Source: Vulcanimicrobiota bacterium (GTDB lineage Bacteria; Vulcanimicrobiota; Vulcanimicrobiia; Vulcanimicrobiales; Vulcanimicrobiaceae). Taken from it: DNA of 64,000 nt. The notes beneath the pieces were generated by a model. It searched no databases. It saw nothing but the letters and a program-made list of their open reading frames with translations, and was not told where the DNA came from. Made by a program: the position numbers and the translations under genes. The stretch is from NCBI GenBank assembly GCA_963695225.1, contig OY968762.1, positions 352,001 through 416,000 on the forward strand. The letters run 5' to 3'. This document shows, in pieces, positions 44,765 through 54,125 of this stretch. Each line of letters opens with the position of its first letter. The stretch's first letter is position 1.

Positions 44765-45418
44765 ATGCGATTGGTGTTGCTCGGCCCCCCGGGCGCGGGC
44801 AAAGGGACTCAGGCCCGGATTCTCGAGGAGCGCTTCGGGGCGGTTCAGCTTTCGACGGGCGACATGCTACGCAAGCACCGGGCCGAGGGAACGCCCCTCG
44901 GCAAAGAGGCGCAATCCTACATGGACGCGGGGGCGCTCGTACCCGACGACCTGATCATCCGCATGATGGAAGGCGAGCTCGCGGAGAAGTCCTCGTTCAT
45001 CTTGGACGGCTTTCCGCGGACGGTCGCGCAGGCGCAAGCGCTCAGCGCGCTCCTCGTCAAGCTCGACCTGCCGCTGAGCGCGACGCTGCTGTTCGATGCG
45101 GACCGGGCGGAGCTCGTCGCCCGCCTGACCGGGCGCTGGACGAACCCGCGGACGGGCCGCACGTATCACACGGCGTTCAATCCGCCGAAGGTCGCCGGAA
45201 TCGACGACGAAGACGGCGGCCCGCTCGTGCAACGCCCCGACGATACGCTCGAAGTGGTCTCCAAGCGTCTCGAAACGTACGACGTGCAGACGAAACCCCT
45301 GGTCGACTACTACGCGGCGACCGGACAACTCGTTCGTATCGACGGCATGAAGTCCGTCGGCGACGTCACGCGCGACGTGCTCAAGGCGCTCGAAGCGCGC
45401 GCCGGCCAAGCGACGTGA
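44765..45418 (+). CDS. adk: Adenylate kinase
   Basis: GPPGAGKGTQ, STGDMLR, LDGFPRT. Confidence 0.98.
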   Translation: MRLVLLGPPGAGKGTQARILEERFGAVQLSTGDMLRKHRAEGTPLGKEAQSYMDAGALVPDDLIIRMMEGELAEKSSFILDGFPRTVAQAQALSALLVKLDLPLSATLLFDADRAELVARLTGRWTNPRTGRTYHTAFNPPKVAGIDDEDGGPLVQRPDDTLEVVSKRLETYDVQTKPLVDYYAATGQLVRIDGMKSVGDVTRDVLKALEARAGQAT

Positions 45419-46221
45419 TTTCGATCAAGTCCGCGCGCGAGATCGAGATCATGCGGCGCGGCGGGAAGATCACGGCCAAGACGCTGACGGCGCTTATCCA
45501 GGCTGCAAAACCGGGCGTGACGACCGGCGAGCTCGACCGGCTTTCCGAAAAGATGATGCGCGAGCAGGGCGCGATCCCCACGTTCAAAGGATACGGCGGC
45601 TTCCCGGCCTCGATCTGCGCCTCCGTCAACGAAGTCGTCGTGCACGGGATTCCCGGCGAGCGCCCGTTGCGCGAGGGCGATTTGCTCTCGATCGACATCG
45701 GGGCGACGTTCGAAGGCTACGTCACGGATACGGCGATCACGATCCCGATCGGGAAGGTCTCGCCGGCCGCCGAGCGGCTCCTCCGGGTGACCCAGGAATG
45801 CCTGATGGTCGGCATCGCGATGATGCAGCGCGGGAACACGCTCGCGGACATCGCCCGGGCGGTCCAGCAGCACGCGGAGAGCCACGGGTACGGCGTCGTC
45901 CGGGATCTCGTCGGGCACGGGATCGGGACGGCCATGCACGAGGAGCCGCAGGTTCCGAACTACCTCACGCCCGCCGCGACGGGGATCAAGCTCCGCACCG
46001 GGATGTGCCTGGCGATCGAACCGATGATCACCCAGGGGACCTACGAGGTCCGCACGCTCGACGACGGCTGGACAGTCGTCACTGCGGATGGTAAACTCGC
46101 AGCGCACTTCGAGCACACCGTGGCTCTCACCGATGACGGCCCGAGGATCCTGACCCTGCGCCCGATCCTGGAGCACGGCGACGTCGAACAGTTCCGTCCG
46201 AAAGAAGAGAAGGCGGCATGA
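45415..46221 (+). CDS. map: Methionine aminopeptidase type I
   Basis: VVHGIP, GHGIG..MHEEP, AHFEHT. Confidence 0.98.
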   Translation: MISIKSAREIEIMRRGGKITAKTLTALIQAAKPGVTTGELDRLSEKMMREQGAIPTFKGYGGFPASICASVNEVVVHGIPGERPLREGDLLSIDIGATFEGYVTDTAITIPIGKVSPAAERLLRVTQECLMVGIAMMQRGNTLADIARAVQQHAESHGYGVVRDLVGHGIGTAMHEEPQVPNYLTPAATGIKLRTGMCLAIEPMITQGTYEVRTLDDGWTVVTADGKLAAHFEHTVALTDDGPRILTLRPILEHGDVEQFRPKEEKAA

Positions 46222-46238
46222 TCGGGGTGCGTCATTAA
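46218..46238 (+). other. Bridging mini-ORF MIGVRH
   Basis: ATGA overlap with the map stop; TAATG overlap with the infA start. Confidence 0.4.
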
Positions 46239-46531
46239 TGGCGCGCAAGCGTCGGGGTGGGCAGCGTCCCGAGCGCCGGGGAAGACCGGACGCGCGGGCC
46301 GATGCGGGCGCCACGCCGAAAGAAGAAGCGATCGAAGTCGAGGGGACGATCGTCGAGCCGCTCCCGAACGCGATGTTTCGCGTGGAGCTACCCGGCGGAC
46401 ACCGAGTCCTCGCGCACGTGAGCGGGAAGATTCGAATGAACTTCATCCGCATACTCCCCGGCGACCGCGTCCTGATCGAACTCTCCCCGTACGATCTCAC
46501 CCACGGTCGAATCACCTACCGATACAAGTAA
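46238..46531 (+). CDS. infA: Translation initiation factor IF-1 with basic N-terminal extension
   Basis: [26 protein letters not shown]. Confidence 0.97.
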   Translation: MARKRRGGQRPERRGRPDARADAGATPKEEAIEVEGTIVEPLPNAMFRVELPGGHRVLAHVSGKIRMNFIRILPGDRVLIELSPYDLTHGRITYRYK

Positions 46532-46594
46532 TAACTCCGGTGCCCTCGGCACCTCGGCGCCTGTGGTACGAAGGCAAAGGTAAGAGAAAGTAAG

Positions 46595-46711
46595 ATGAAA
46601 GTCAGACCCTCCGTCAAGCGAATCTGCGAAAAGTGCATCATCATCCGGCGGCACGGCAAAGTCCGCGTGATCTGCGAAACGAACCCCAAGCATAAGCAGG
46701 TGCAGGGCTGA
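46595..46711 (+). CDS. rpmJ: 50S ribosomal protein L36 (below ORF-track cutoff)
   Basis: [38 protein letters not shown]. Confidence 0.98.
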   Translation: MKVRPSVKRICEKCIIIRRHGKVRVICETNPKHKQVQG

Positions 46712-47094
46712 TGGCGCGTATTGCCGGCATCGATCTCCCGCGCGAGAAGCGGATCGAGATCGCGCTGACCTATATCTTCGGGATCGGCCTGCCGACCTCG
46801 CAAAAACTGCTTGCGGCGACCGGGATCGATCCGAGCACGCGGGTCAAGAATCTCTCCGAAGAGGATGAGAAGAAGATTCGCGACGCGATCGACGGCCAGA
46901 TCAAGGTCGAGGGCGATCTGCGCCGCGAGGTCGCGGGGCACATCAAGCGTCTGACCGACATCGGCTGCTATCGCGGCCTGCGCCACCGCCGGGGCCTCCC
47001 CGTCCGCGGCCAGCGGACGAAAACGAACGCCCGCACGCGCAAGGGTCCCAAGAAGACCGTCGGCGCCAAGAAGAAGGCCGTAGCCAAGAAGTAG
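46711..47094 (+). CDS. rpsM: 30S ribosomal protein S13
   Basis: [19 protein letters not shown]. Confidence 0.99.
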   Translation: MARIAGIDLPREKRIEIALTYIFGIGLPTSQKLLAATGIDPSTRVKNLSEEDEKKIRDAIDGQIKVEGDLRREVAGHIKRLTDIGCYRGLRHRRGLPVRGQRTKTNARTRKGPKKTVGAKKKAVAKK

Positions 47095-47128
47095 CCCGTT
47101 GGGCCGGCGCCTTCCGGTTTCACCCGAG

Positions 47129-47160
47129 GCCGGCGGAACGTTTCCGCCGGCTTTCGTGTT
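47129..47160 (+). terminator. Probable intrinsic terminator after rpsM
   Basis: GCCGGCGGAA-cgt-TTCCGCCGGC followed by TTTCGTGTT. Confidence 0.6.
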
Positions 47161-47183
47161 CTATCTTCGGGAGGATGACCAGC

Positions 47184-47399
47184 ATGGCAAAACGTCGCAA
47201 ACAAGGCGCCAAGCCGGCGGCGCCCCTCGTACCGCCGCTCGGGCCGCCCGTGAACCTGCGCCCGGCCGGCCCGCACGCCGACAAACGCCGCCTGTCGCGC
47301 TCCAAAGCAAAGGCCGCCCTACTAAAGGCGGCCTTTGACACGCCCCCGGCGCCCGTCATCCCAAGCCCCCAACTCGCCGAAGAATTCGCGCGCAGGTAG
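47184..47399 (+). CDS. Small basic hypothetical protein, 71 aa
   Basis: GGGAGG 9 nt before the ATG; rich in Lys/Arg/Pro. Confidence 0.55.
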   Translation: MAKRRKQGAKPAAPLVPPLGPPVNLRPAGPHADKRRLSRSKAKAALLKAAFDTPPAPVIPSPQLAEEFARR

Positions 47400-47552
47400 C
47401 GTCCGGGGTGGGGCTGCGTTCCCCCGCGGGGAGTACAGCTTGCCCGCGGAGCCAGGAGGGCGGGAGCGGGCAAGTGGACTAGCAACGATTTCGCATGGAT
47501 GCGAAATCGCGGGCGTCCCCGCGGGGGAACGCAGCCCCGCCCCGGACGCGGG
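47395..47552 (+). repeat. Structured repeat element, copy 1 (MITE/REPIN-like or ncRNA)
   Basis: About 34-bp terminal inverted arms enclosing two hairpins; inverted copy at 61581-61739. Confidence 0.85.
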
Positions 47553-47580
47553 GCACGCGGGGCACGCGGGGCACGCGGGC
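47546..47580 (+). repeat. 9-bp tandem repeat ACGCGGGGC, three full copies and one partial
   Basis: Read directly from the sequence. Confidence 0.9.
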
Positions 47581-47603
47581 ATGGCGGCGGGCCGAGAAAA
47601 GCC

Positions 47604-47633
47604 TTGACCGCCGTCCCTCGTCTCCGGTAGAAT
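47604..47633 (+). promoter_or_regulatory. Promoter for rpsK-rpsD-rpoA-rplQ
   Basis: TTGACC-18-TAGAAT. Confidence 0.7.
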
Positions 47634-47795
47634 CGGGTGTTGGCTGTCGCAGGCAGCCCGGCGCTTCGTGTGCCCCGGACGTCTCGCCGAGCGTTCGCGA
47701 ACTCAAGATCGGCTCGCTTTCGAGCGAGGCCGGCCGAGGCGACGACACCCCGGGCTCGTCTTGCGCGGGGCAAGATAAACATCGGAGAGATACGT

Positions 47796-48191
47796 TTGGC
47801 TGCCAAGAAGCAAACCAAGACGCGGAAGAAACGCGAGTTCAAGAACGTCGGGTCGGGCGTCGCTCACGTGCACTCGTCGTTCAACAACACGATCGTGACG
47901 ATCACGGATAACCAGGGCTCGACGATCGCCTGGGCCTCCGCCGGGAATCTCGGCTTCAAGGGCTCGAAGAAGTCGACCCCGTTCGCCGCGCAGATGGCTG
48001 CCGAGTCGGTAGCGCGCAAAGCGATGGAGCACGGCATGAAGTCGGCCGAGGTCTACGTGAAGGGCCCCGGCGCCGGCCGCGAAGCGGCGATCCGCTCGCT
48101 CCAGGCCGCCGGCCTCGAAATCACGCTCATCAAAGACGTCACGCCCATCCCGCACAACGGCTGCCGGCCGCCGAAACGGCGCCGGGTGTAG
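47796..48191 (+). CDS. rpsK: 30S ribosomal protein S11
   Basis: [29 protein letters not shown] start after GGAGAG. Confidence 0.99.
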   Translation: MAAKKQTKTRKKREFKNVGSGVAHVHSSFNNTIVTITDNQGSTIAWASAGNLGFKGSKKSTPFAAQMAAESVARKAMEHGMKSAEVYVKGPGAGREAAIRSLQAAGLEITLIKDVTPIPHNGCRPPKRRRV

Positions 48192-48209
48192 GGAGGTTGT
48201 AGGAAAAGC

Positions 48210-48869
48210 ATGTCACGTTACACCGGACCCGTCTGCCGCCTGTGCCGCCGCGAAACCGCGACGAGCAAGACCGGCGAGAAGATCAAGCTCTTCCTCAAGG
48301 GCGATCGCTGCCTCACGAAAAAGTGCGCGGTCGAACGCCGCGGCACGGCCCCGGGTCAGAAGACGCAGGGGAAGCCCTCGCGCCAGAAGATCTCGGAATA
48401 CGGCCGCCAGCTTCGCGAAAAGCAGAAGATGCGCCGCTACTACGGCGTCGTCGAAGCGCAGTTCGAGAACTACTTCCGCGAAGCGGCGCGCGTCCCGGGT
48501 CAAACCGGCAAGACGTTCCTGCAGTTGCTGGAGCGCCGCCTCGATAACGTCGTCTACCGCCTCAACCTCGCCTCGAGCCGCGCGCAGGCGCGCCAACTCG
48601 TCACGCACCGCCACTTCCGCGTGAACGGCCGGATCGTCAACGTGCCGTCGTTCATCGTGAAAGCCGGCGACGTGCTCACGATCGGCGAGCGCAGTCAGAA
48701 ATCGCCGTTGCTGCAGAGCAACATCGAGCTGGCGAAGAATCGCCGGCATCCGGAGTGGCTCGATTTCAACGAGCAGGATCTCGCCGCCAAGGTGCTCGCG
48801 CTCCCCAGCCGGGAGCAGATCGACACCCCGGTCGACGAACAGCTCATCGTCGAATACTACTCGAGATAG
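48210..48869 (+). CDS. rpsD: 30S ribosomal protein S4
   Basis: [32 protein letters not shown]. Confidence 0.99.
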   Translation: MSRYTGPVCRLCRRETATSKTGEKIKLFLKGDRCLTKKCAVERRGTAPGQKTQGKPSRQKISEYGRQLREKQKMRRYYGVVEAQFENYFREAARVPGQTGKTFLQLLERRLDNVVYRLNLASSRAQARQLVTHRHFRVNGRIVNVPSFIVKAGDVLTIGERSQKSPLLQSNIELAKNRRHPEWLDFNEQDLAAKVLALPSREQIDTPVDEQLIVEYYSR

Positions 48870-48966
48870 CATCTAACCACCACGAAGCTGCCGTTAGGCG
48901 TACGATCGTGGCTCGCGGGTGCGGGCTGCGGATAACGTAAGCGGCGATAAGGATCGAATAGAGACC

Positions 48967-49893
48967 ATGACCGTTCTGGATATGCCGCAAGGCGCAACGA
49001 TCGAAGTTCGCGAGCGCCGCGACAACTACGCGAAATTCGTCTGCGAGCCGCTCGAACGCGGTTTCGGGATCACGCTCGGCAACGCGCTTCGCCGCGCGCT
49101 GCTCTCAGCGATCCCCGGCACCGCCGTCACGTACGTGAAGATCGAAGGCGTGCTGCACGAGTTCTCTACGATCCCGGGCGTCGTCGAAGACGTCACGAAC
49201 CTGCTGTTGAACCTCAAAGGCCTGGCCCTGAAGCTGAACAGCGACGATCCGAAGGTCCTTTCCTTGAACGTCAGCGGCGCGCGCGAAGTGACCGCCGCCG
49301 ACATCACGCCCGATGCCGACGTCGAGATCCTGCAGCCCGATTACCACGTCGCGACGCTGACCGGGAAATCGGCCAAGCTCTCGATGGAACTCGGCATCGA
49401 GAAGTATCGCGGCTACGTGACCGCGGACCGGCAGCGTAACATCGAGCACATGATCGGCCTGATCCCGCTCGATTCGATCTTCTCGCCCATCCGCAAGGTG
49501 AACTTCACGGTCGACGATACGCGCGTCGGCCAGAACGTCGATTTCGACCGCCTCACGCTGGAGCTGGAAACGAACGGCGCGATCTCTCCGGACGACGCGC
49601 TCGCGACCGCCGCGCAGATCCTGCAGGAGCAGCTCGACTTGTTCGCCGGCTTCACGACGGAAGAGAAGGTGCCCGTCGCTCCGCAGCAGAGCGAGTGGGA
49701 CGTTCCCGTCGAGACGCTCAACCTGTCCGTTCGTTCGTTCAACTGCCTCAAGCGCGCCGGAATCTCGAAGGTTTCGGAGTTGCTCGACCTGTCCGAAGAC
49801 GAGATCATCAAGATGCGGAACTTCGGCAAGAAATCGCTCGACGAGATCAAGCAAGTTCTGGGAGAGAGGGGATTGTCGCTGCGCCAAGCGTAG
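48967..49893 (+). CDS. rpoA: RNA polymerase alpha subunit
   Basis: EPLERGFGITLGNALRR, LSVRSFNCLKRA. Confidence 0.99.
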   Translation: MTVLDMPQGATIEVRERRDNYAKFVCEPLERGFGITLGNALRRALLSAIPGTAVTYVKIEGVLHEFSTIPGVVEDVTNLLLNLKGLALKLNSDDPKVLSLNVSGAREVTAADITPDADVEILQPDYHVATLTGKSAKLSMELGIEKYRGYVTADRQRNIEHMIGLIPLDSIFSPIRKVNFTVDDTRVGQNVDFDRLTLELETNGAISPDDALATAAQILQEQLDLFAGFTTEEKVPVAPQQSEWDVPVETLNLSVRSFNCLKRAGISKVSELLDLSEDEIIKMRNFGKKSLDEIKQVLGERGLSLRQA

Positions 49894-49906
49894 CGCCGAA
49901 GTCAAC

Positions 49907-50260
49907 ATGCCGCACCAAATCGCCAAGAAACGCCTTTCCCGCACGGACGGGCACCGTAAAGCGCTGCTGCGCAATCTCGCGACGTCGTTTTTCAAGCACG
50001 AGAAGATCGAGACGACGACCACGAAGGCCAAGGAGATCAGCAAGGTCGTGGAGCGTCTGATCACGACCGCGCGCCGCGGAGATCTGCACTCTCGCCGCCA
50101 GGTGGCCGAGTATCTGCTGGAGCCGGCCGTCGTCCAGAAGCTCTGCAATCAGATCGCGCCCGCCCTGAAGGACCGCACCGGAGGGTACACGCGGATCTCC
50201 AAGACCCGCGTGCGCCAGGGCGACGCCGCGGAACTCTCGCTCCTCGAACTGGTCAAGTAG
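49907..50260 (+). CDS. rplQ: 50S ribosomal protein L17
   Basis: HRKALLRNL, GGYTRI, RQGDAA. Confidence 0.98.
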   Translation: MPHQIAKKRLSRTDGHRKALLRNLATSFFKHEKIETTTTKAKEISKVVERLITTARRGDLHSRRQVAEYLLEPAVVQKLCNQIAPALKDRTGGYTRISKTRVRQGDAAELSLLELVK

Positions 50261-50324
50261 CCGTTTTCGGCCGTTAGGGGGCGAGGCGCGCGGCGCGTCC
50301 CCCTCGAACGCTCCAACTCTACCT

Positions 50325-51689
50325 ATGATCGCCTCGTCCGAACGCATCCAACTCCACGCGGTGACACGCGAGCTCGTCGCGGATACGCTGACGCCGATCT
50401 CGGCCTACCTCGCCCTGGCGACGCCGGGGCGTTCGTGTTTGCTGGAGTCCGTCGAGGGGACGGACCGCATCTCGCGTTTCTCGTTCATCGGCTTGGACTA
50501 CCTCGAGTCCGCCGTCATCGACGACGATCCGCAGATCCTCGAGCGCATCCGCGCGCTCATCGGCCGCTACGGCGTCGATCGCTCGCACTTGCCGTTCCCC
50601 GGGGGGGCGGTCTGCACGTTCAGTTACGATGCGGCGCGCGTGCTCGAGTCGATCGGACCGAAGCCCCCGAGCGACGTCGAGTTCGCCGATGCGTACGTCG
50701 TCATTCCGGGGACCTGGGTCGTCTTCGACCATTTCACGCACCGGCTGACCCTGATCGGATTCGCGCGCGACGCGAACGAACGCCGCGACGTCGAGGCGCG
50801 AATCGATCGCTACATCTCTCGGCTCTTGGATTTCCGGCCGACGATCCCCGGCGCCGTGCGCGCGCGCGACGGCGTGCGCGCCTCGTTCGACGAGGCGACG
50901 TTCCTCGCGAAGGTCGCGGACGCGAAGCGCTCGATCTACGAAGGCGATGCGTACCAGTTGCAACTCGGCGTGCGCTTCTCGTGCGAGTTCGAGGGGACGC
51001 CGTTCGACTTCTATCGCCAGATTCGCTCGCGCAATCCCTCTCCGTACATGTTCTTCATCGAGATCGACGGCCGCGCCGTCTTCGGAGCGAGCCCCGAGTT
51101 CCTCGTCCGGCTCGACGGGCGCACGGCGCGCATCCGGCCGCTCGCCGGGACGCGCGCTCGCGGCGCCGACGCCGATGCCGACGCGCGCATCGCCGACGAG
51201 CTCCTCGCGAACGAAAAGGAGCGCGCCGAGCACGTGATGCTCGTCGATCTCGGCCGCAACGATCTCGGAGCCGTCTGCGCGACGGGGACGGTTCGCGTCG
51301 ACGAGCTGATGAAGATCGAGCGTTATAGCCACGTGATGCACATCGTTTCGAACGTCGTCGGGGAACTGCGCCCCGAGAAAGACGCGCTCGATCTCTTCGC
51401 CGCGGCCTTCCCCGCCGGGACGGTGACGGGGACGCCGAAGATTCGCGCCATGCAATGGATCGACGCGCTCGAGCCGGTCGCGCGCGGCTTCTACGCCGGC
51501 AGCGTCGCGCACATCGATTTCGACGGCGACATGGATTCGTGCATCACGCTGCGCAGCGTCGCGACCGCGGGCGGCCGCGCGTATTGGCAAGCGTCGGCCG
51601 GCATCGTCGCGGATAGCGAGCCGCAAGCGGAGTACGCGGAAGTCTTCCACAAGACGCGCATCGTGCGCGACGTGTTGGGGCTTCCCTGA
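50325..51689 (+). CDS. trpE: Anthranilate synthase component I
   Basis: LLESVE, NPSPYM, KERAEHVMLVDLGRND, GTPKIRAM. Confidence 0.95.
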   Translation: MIASSERIQLHAVTRELVADTLTPISAYLALATPGRSCLLESVEGTDRISRFSFIGLDYLESAVIDDDPQILERIRALIGRYGVDRSHLPFPGGAVCTFSYDAARVLESIGPKPPSDVEFADAYVVIPGTWVVFDHFTHRLTLIGFARDANERRDVEARIDRYISRLLDFRPTIPGAVRARDGVRASFDEATFLAKVADAKRSIYEGDAYQLQLGVRFSCEFEGTPFDFYRQIRSRNPSPYMFFIEIDGRAVFGASPEFLVRLDGRTARIRPLAGTRARGADADADARIADELLANEKERAEHVMLVDLGRNDLGAVCATGTVRVDELMKIERYSHVMHIVSNVVGELRPEKDALDLFAAAFPAGTVTGTPKIRAMQWIDALEPVARGFYAGSVAHIDFDGDMDSCITLRSVATAGGRAYWQASAGIVADSEPQAEYAEVFHKTRIVRDVLGLP

Positions 51690-52285
51690 TGTCCGCGGCC
51701 CGCATCCTGCTCGTCGATAACTACGACTCGTTCACGTACAACCTGGCACACCTGTTCGGCTCGCTGGGAGCCGAGGTCGCGGTCGTGAGGAACGACGCTC
51801 CGGGGCTCGATCCGGCGGGCCTCGAGCGCTACGACGGCATCGTGATCGGCCCGGGCCCGGGGCGCCCGCGCGAGGCGGGCAAAACGATGGCGATCATCGA
51901 GGCGGCGGCCCGCGAGCGGCGTCCGCTGTTCGGTGTCTGCCTCGGCCAGCAGGCGATCGGCGATTTCTTCGGCGGGCGCGTCGACTACGCGCCCTCGCTG
52001 ATGCACGGGAAGACCTCGCAGATCACGCACGACGGCAGCGGCGTCTTCGCGGGGATTCCGTCGCCGATCGTCGCGACGCGGTACCACTCGCTGTGCGTCT
52101 CGCATCTCGACTTCCCGGCGGAACTGCGCGCGAACGCAACGAGCGAGGATGCGGTGATCCAAGGCGTCGCGCACCGGGCGCTGCCGATCCACGGCGTGCA
52201 GTTTCATCCCGAATCCGTGCTGACCTCGCACGGGCGCGAGATCTTCGAGAACTTCTTGACGCTGGCGGCCACGGTACCGCGATGA
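51689..52285 (+). CDS. trpG: Anthranilate synthase component II (glutamine amidotransferase)
   Basis: DNYDSFTYNL, GVCLG, GVQFHPES. Confidence 0.95.
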   Translation: MSAARILLVDNYDSFTYNLAHLFGSLGAEVAVVRNDAPGLDPAGLERYDGIVIGPGPGRPREAGKTMAIIEAAARERRPLFGVCLGQQAIGDFFGGRVDYAPSLMHGKTSQITHDGSGVFAGIPSPIVATRYHSLCVSHLDFPAELRANATSEDAVIQGVAHRALPIHGVQFHPESVLTSHGREIFENFLTLAATVPR

Positions 52286-53304
52286 GCGGATACCCGGCGC
52301 TGCTGCGCAGCTTGATGTCCCGGCAGGATCTCGACGCCGCGACGATCCGCGCCGCGATCGGCGAGATCATGGACGGCGAGTGGAGCGCGAGCCAAGCGGG
52401 TGCGTTCCTGACCGCGCTCGCGATGAAAGGCGAGACGCCGGCCGAGCTGGCCGGTGCTGCGAGCGCGATGCGCGAGCGCAGCTTACGCGTCGAGCATTCG
52501 GAACCGGTCGTGGTCGACATCGTGGGGACGGGCGGCGATTTGGCGGGGACGATCAACGTCTCGACGTGCGCCGCGTTCGTCATCGCGAGCTGCGGCCTGC
52601 CCGTCGCGAAGCACGGGAATCGAGCCGCTTCGAGCAAGTGCGGGAGCGCGGACGTCGTCGAGGCGCTCGATATCCCGCTCGATCTCGTCGGCGAACCGGC
52701 GCGCCGCGCGCTCGAGACCGGCCGGTGGGTCTTCCTGTTCGCGCAGCGCTACCATCCGGCGATGAAGGCCGTAGCGCCGACGCGGCGGGAACTCGGCGTG
52801 CGTACGGTGTTCAATCTGCTCGGGCCGCTTTCGAATCCGGCGGGCGCGACGCACTTGGTCGTCGGCGTTTCGAACCCCGCGCAAGTCTCGCTCGTCGGCG
52901 ACGCGCTTGCCGAACTCGGCGCGCAGGGTGCGGCGATCGTGCACGCGCGCAACGGGCTCGACGAGATCGCCGGGGACGTCCCGACCGACGTCTACCAGTT
53001 CGCGGCCGGCGAAGCGCGCCGCTGGACGCTCGATCCCTCCGACTACGGGATCCGCGTCCCGGTCGCCGAGATCGCGGGCGGGGAACCCGCCGAGAACGCG
53101 CGGATCCTGCGCCGCATCCTCGAGGGCGAGCGCTCGGGCCGTTCCGACGTCGTCGCGTTGAACGCGGCGCTCGCGCTGGTCGTGGCGGAGCGCGCCGAAT
53201 CGATCGAAGCGGCGTTGGAGCTGGCGCGTTCGAGCTTGCAGGGCGGCGCCGCGCTTGCCGTCTACGAAACCGCCAGACGCCCGCGGGAGGAAGCCTACGC
53301 ATGA
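52282..53304 (+). CDS. trpD: Anthranilate phosphoribosyltransferase
   Basis: DIVGTGGD, KHGNRAASSKCGSAD, FNLLGPL. Confidence 0.97.
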   Translation: MSGYPALLRSLMSRQDLDAATIRAAIGEIMDGEWSASQAGAFLTALAMKGETPAELAGAASAMRERSLRVEHSEPVVVDIVGTGGDLAGTINVSTCAAFVIASCGLPVAKHGNRAASSKCGSADVVEALDIPLDLVGEPARRALETGRWVFLFAQRYHPAMKAVAPTRRELGVRTVFNLLGPLSNPAGATHLVVGVSNPAQVSLVGDALAELGAQGAAIVHARNGLDEIAGDVPTDVYQFAAGEARRWTLDPSDYGIRVPVAEIAGGEPAENARILRRILEGERSGRSDVVALNAALALVVAERAESIEAALELARSSLQGGAALAVYETARRPREEAYA

Positions 53305-54098
53305 GGGACATCCTAGAGCGCCTGTTCGAAGCGAAGGCGCGCGCGCTCGCCGAAGAAGAACGGCGCGAGCCGCTCGCGGAGATTCTCGAGCGCGCAGGCC
53401 GCCGGCGCGCGGAGCGCCGCCCGTTCGCGGCCGCGCTTGCATCGCCCCCGGCGCCCGCGATCGTCGCGGAGATCAAGCGCGCCTCCCCATCGCTCGGCCT
53501 GATCGCACGCGATTTCGATCCCGGTGAGATCGCCGCGACGTACGAACGCGCGAACGTCAGCGCGATCAGCGTGCTGACGGAGGCGGATCATTTCCTCGGC
53601 GACCTCGCGTATCTCGACGTCGCGCGCGCGGCCTCGACGCGTCCGATCCTGCGCAAAGACTTCCTGTCGACGCCTTACCAAGTGGCGCAGTCGTCGGCCT
53701 ATGGAGCCGACGCGATCCTGCTGATCGTCGCGGGCCTCTCGGACGCCGCGCTCCGCAACCTCTGCGCGGAGGCCGCGCGTTTCGACCTCGACGTCCTCGT
53801 CGAAGTCCACGACGAAGCGGAACTCGAGCGGGCGCTCGCCCTCTCGCCGAAGATCGTCGGCATCAACAATCGCGATCTACGCACGTTCGAAACGGATCTC
53901 GACGTCACGGAATCGCTGTTGCCGCGCATCCCCGCCGGGGTGATCGTGATCAGCGAGAGCGGCGTGCACCGGCCCGCCGACGTTGCACGGCTGCACGCCC
54001 GCGGGGCGCACGCGTTCCTGATCGGCGAGGCACTGATGCGCTCGGAGCATCCGCAGGCGTTGATCGAAGAGCTGCGCTCCGGCGCGGCGCGGGTCTGA
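53301..54098 (+). CDS. trpC: Indole-3-glycerol phosphate synthase
   Basis: AEIKRASPS, LRKDF, GINNRDL, ISESG. Confidence 0.97.
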   Translation: MRDILERLFEAKARALAEEERREPLAEILERAGRRRAERRPFAAALASPPAPAIVAEIKRASPSLGLIARDFDPGEIAATYERANVSAISVLTEADHFLGDLAYLDVARAASTRPILRKDFLSTPYQVAQSSAYGADAILLIVAGLSDAALRNLCAEAARFDLDVLVEVHDEAELERALALSPKIVGINNRDLRTFETDLDVTESLLPRIPAGVIVISESGVHRPADVARLHARGAHAFLIGEALMRSEHPQALIEELRSGAARV

Positions 54099-54125
54099 GC
54101 GCGCACCGTCCGCGATTTCACGAAC

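Noticed and set aside
47546..47580. 9-bp tandem repeat as a phase-variable promoter switch
   Set aside because: It lies upstream of the -35 box, outside the spacer and any CDS, so length changes have no obvious effect.
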